From: Histomonas meleagridis 2922-C6/04-290x
Taxonomy: Eukaryota; Protista; Parabasalia
Assembly: GCA_020184695.1 (NCBI GenBank)
Contig: JAANOX010000027.1
Coordinates: forward strand, 1-57,046
DNA length: 57,046 nucleotides
Reading direction: 5' to 3'
A program made the translations under genes and the position numbers. Shown piece after piece: positions 55,612 through 57,046 of the stretch. The notes under the pieces were generated by a model, which ran no database searches, was not told the origin of the DNA, and saw nothing but the letters and a program-made list of their open reading frames with translations. The stretch's first letter is position 1. The number at the start of each line of letters is the position of its first letter.

Positions 55612-55751
55612 CTGATGTCTTTCCAATTCGCGATTTTTACGACCGTTTATAGTATTCAAAAAATAGTAAACGGCCTAGTGTGGCCACTATGCACAGCAAT
55701 ATATTCCCATGAAAACCCCATAAAGACTACACGAATTACAAAAAAAGGCCA

Positions 55752-56632
55752 ATGCTCGAATGTGTTATAACTCAAATATCAAGAGGATACCCAAGAATTT
55801 CTAAGATTGCACAAACAAGTAAAATTCCTGATTCCACACTAAGATCCTGGAAAGATAAATTAAAGCATAATCCTGCTTGGAGACCATGGAATAATGATCA
55901 TGGAAGTGGTCATAGGATATTTACAAACATAGAAGAACAATCAATTGAGGATTTTATTGTCAGTTGTTCTTTACAACCAGGTTTTGTATTTACCAATGAA
56001 GACTTTATAATAATCGCTATGAATGCATATCTAACAAAATATCAAGATATTACTAATTTTAAAGGAACGAAAGATTTTTTAGTTTCACACCAATTAATCG
56101 CAAATTTTTAGAAGAGAATATTCTTTCTTCTTATAGAGTTTTACATCCTAAAAGGAGACCAAATGTGACTGATAAAGAAAAATCTAATTGGATCGATACA
56201 ATACAAAACCTTCTTATATCTGTTGATCATAGTAGAATTGTCAATGTGAATGAAACATGCTGGAAGTGTTTTCCAAATGGTATGGTAACTTGGGCAGAAA
56301 AAGGATCTGATGGAATATCGATCAACTTAAATTCTTCACCGAAGGCATCGATAACTGTCCTGGCGAGCATACGTTCAGATGGAACCAAAATTCCCCTTTA
56401 CTTTATAGCAAAAGGAAAGACTGATCTTGTAGAAACAACACAAATTGGTGATGTTTCACCTCACATGTCCACCCACTCAGAAAACAGATGGACCACTGAG
56501 GAAACGTTTTATGAGTATTTACTGTTCCTCCGGCAACACTTCAATGACGAAGATCCTATACATTTGTTACTTGACTCATATAAAGCCCACAAATGTCAAT
56601 CAATTAACACACACACACACAGCGCTATGTGA
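55752..56632 (+). mobile_element. Degenerate pogo/Tc5-like (DDE_1) DNA transposase
   Basis: HTH-like N-terminus (IPDSTLRSWK), VNVNETCW (usually NxDET), IPLYFIAKGKT, SENRWTT, LLLDSYKAH. A stop/frameshift lies at about 56110, and the ORF is truncated at an (AC)7 run. Confidence 0.85.
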
Positions 56633-56795
56633 GCTTCGTGCTACGCACTCGCTCCCACTCGCGCTACATAAACTAAAGGATGAACGGCTAAAATCGATTG
56701 AATTCTCATAAATCGGTTGGTTTTTGATTGAAAGTAATAAAATATATTTAAATTCATGATGACATTTATATTTAAAATGTGTGAGGAATTAATCC

Positions 56796-57046
56796 GGCTG
56801 AGTTGTTGTTAATCATATGTGGATTTTAGTGTTTTGTTGTTAATCCTATGCTACCTGATAACTTGATATACCAGGTAGTTACCAGGTAATATTGCGATTA
56901 GCTAAAGGAAATTTAATATTGTTATGTGAGTTTCTCAAATCTTGTGAAATGACGTGAAAAATCGTGAGTTTACGGGAGCTGCTAACTATAACGGATGAGT
57001 TGTAAATTCTATGTTGAATGTTGTGTTTTGATGTTAATCCTATGTG
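56796..57046. repeat. Imperfect repeat with about 194-197 bp period running off the right edge
   Basis: GTGTTTTGTTGTTAATCCTATG (56829) versus GTGTTTTGATGTTAATCCTATG (57023); GGCTGAGTTGT (56796) versus GGATGAGTTGT (56993). Confidence 0.6.

Overview
AT-rich, gene-dense eukaryotic DNA that looks parabasalid (Trichomonas/Tritrichomonas/Histomonas-like). This rests on BspA-type LRR genes, DUF3447-like ankyrin genes, an M3+M5 promoter on RPL35 and no convincing canonical introns. Housekeeping genes: a Rab, PIG-U-like, RPL35, cofilin, UBE2T, TMEM208, RAD23, LSm2, a Rac/Rho GTPase, an RBX1/APC11-like RING protein, a 2.4-kaa BEACH protein and a 4.0-kaa degenerate dynein heavy chain. Accessory or decayed material: three BspA copies (two form a near-identical inverted pair), a GH5 glycoside hydrolase with in-frame stops, a DDE_1 transposase remnant, an 83-bp tandem array at the left edge, a 2.4-kb (TATG)n array and a repeat at the right edge. 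The most striking unexplained signal is in the ankyrin genes. Well-conserved, stop-free ankyrin modules of 90-93 nt are separated at the same protein position by fixed-length AT-rich spacers of 77 nt (one is 78). The spacers lack consistent GT-AG ends and the parabasalid ACTAAC branch motif, and carry AWATTYGRA exactly 17 nt from the 3' end. The same architecture recurs in a second ankyrin locus 20 kb away on the other strand, suggesting an undescribed class of non-canonical intron or excised element. No database searches were run; product names come from motif recognition, and some homopolymer frameshifts may be sequencing errors.
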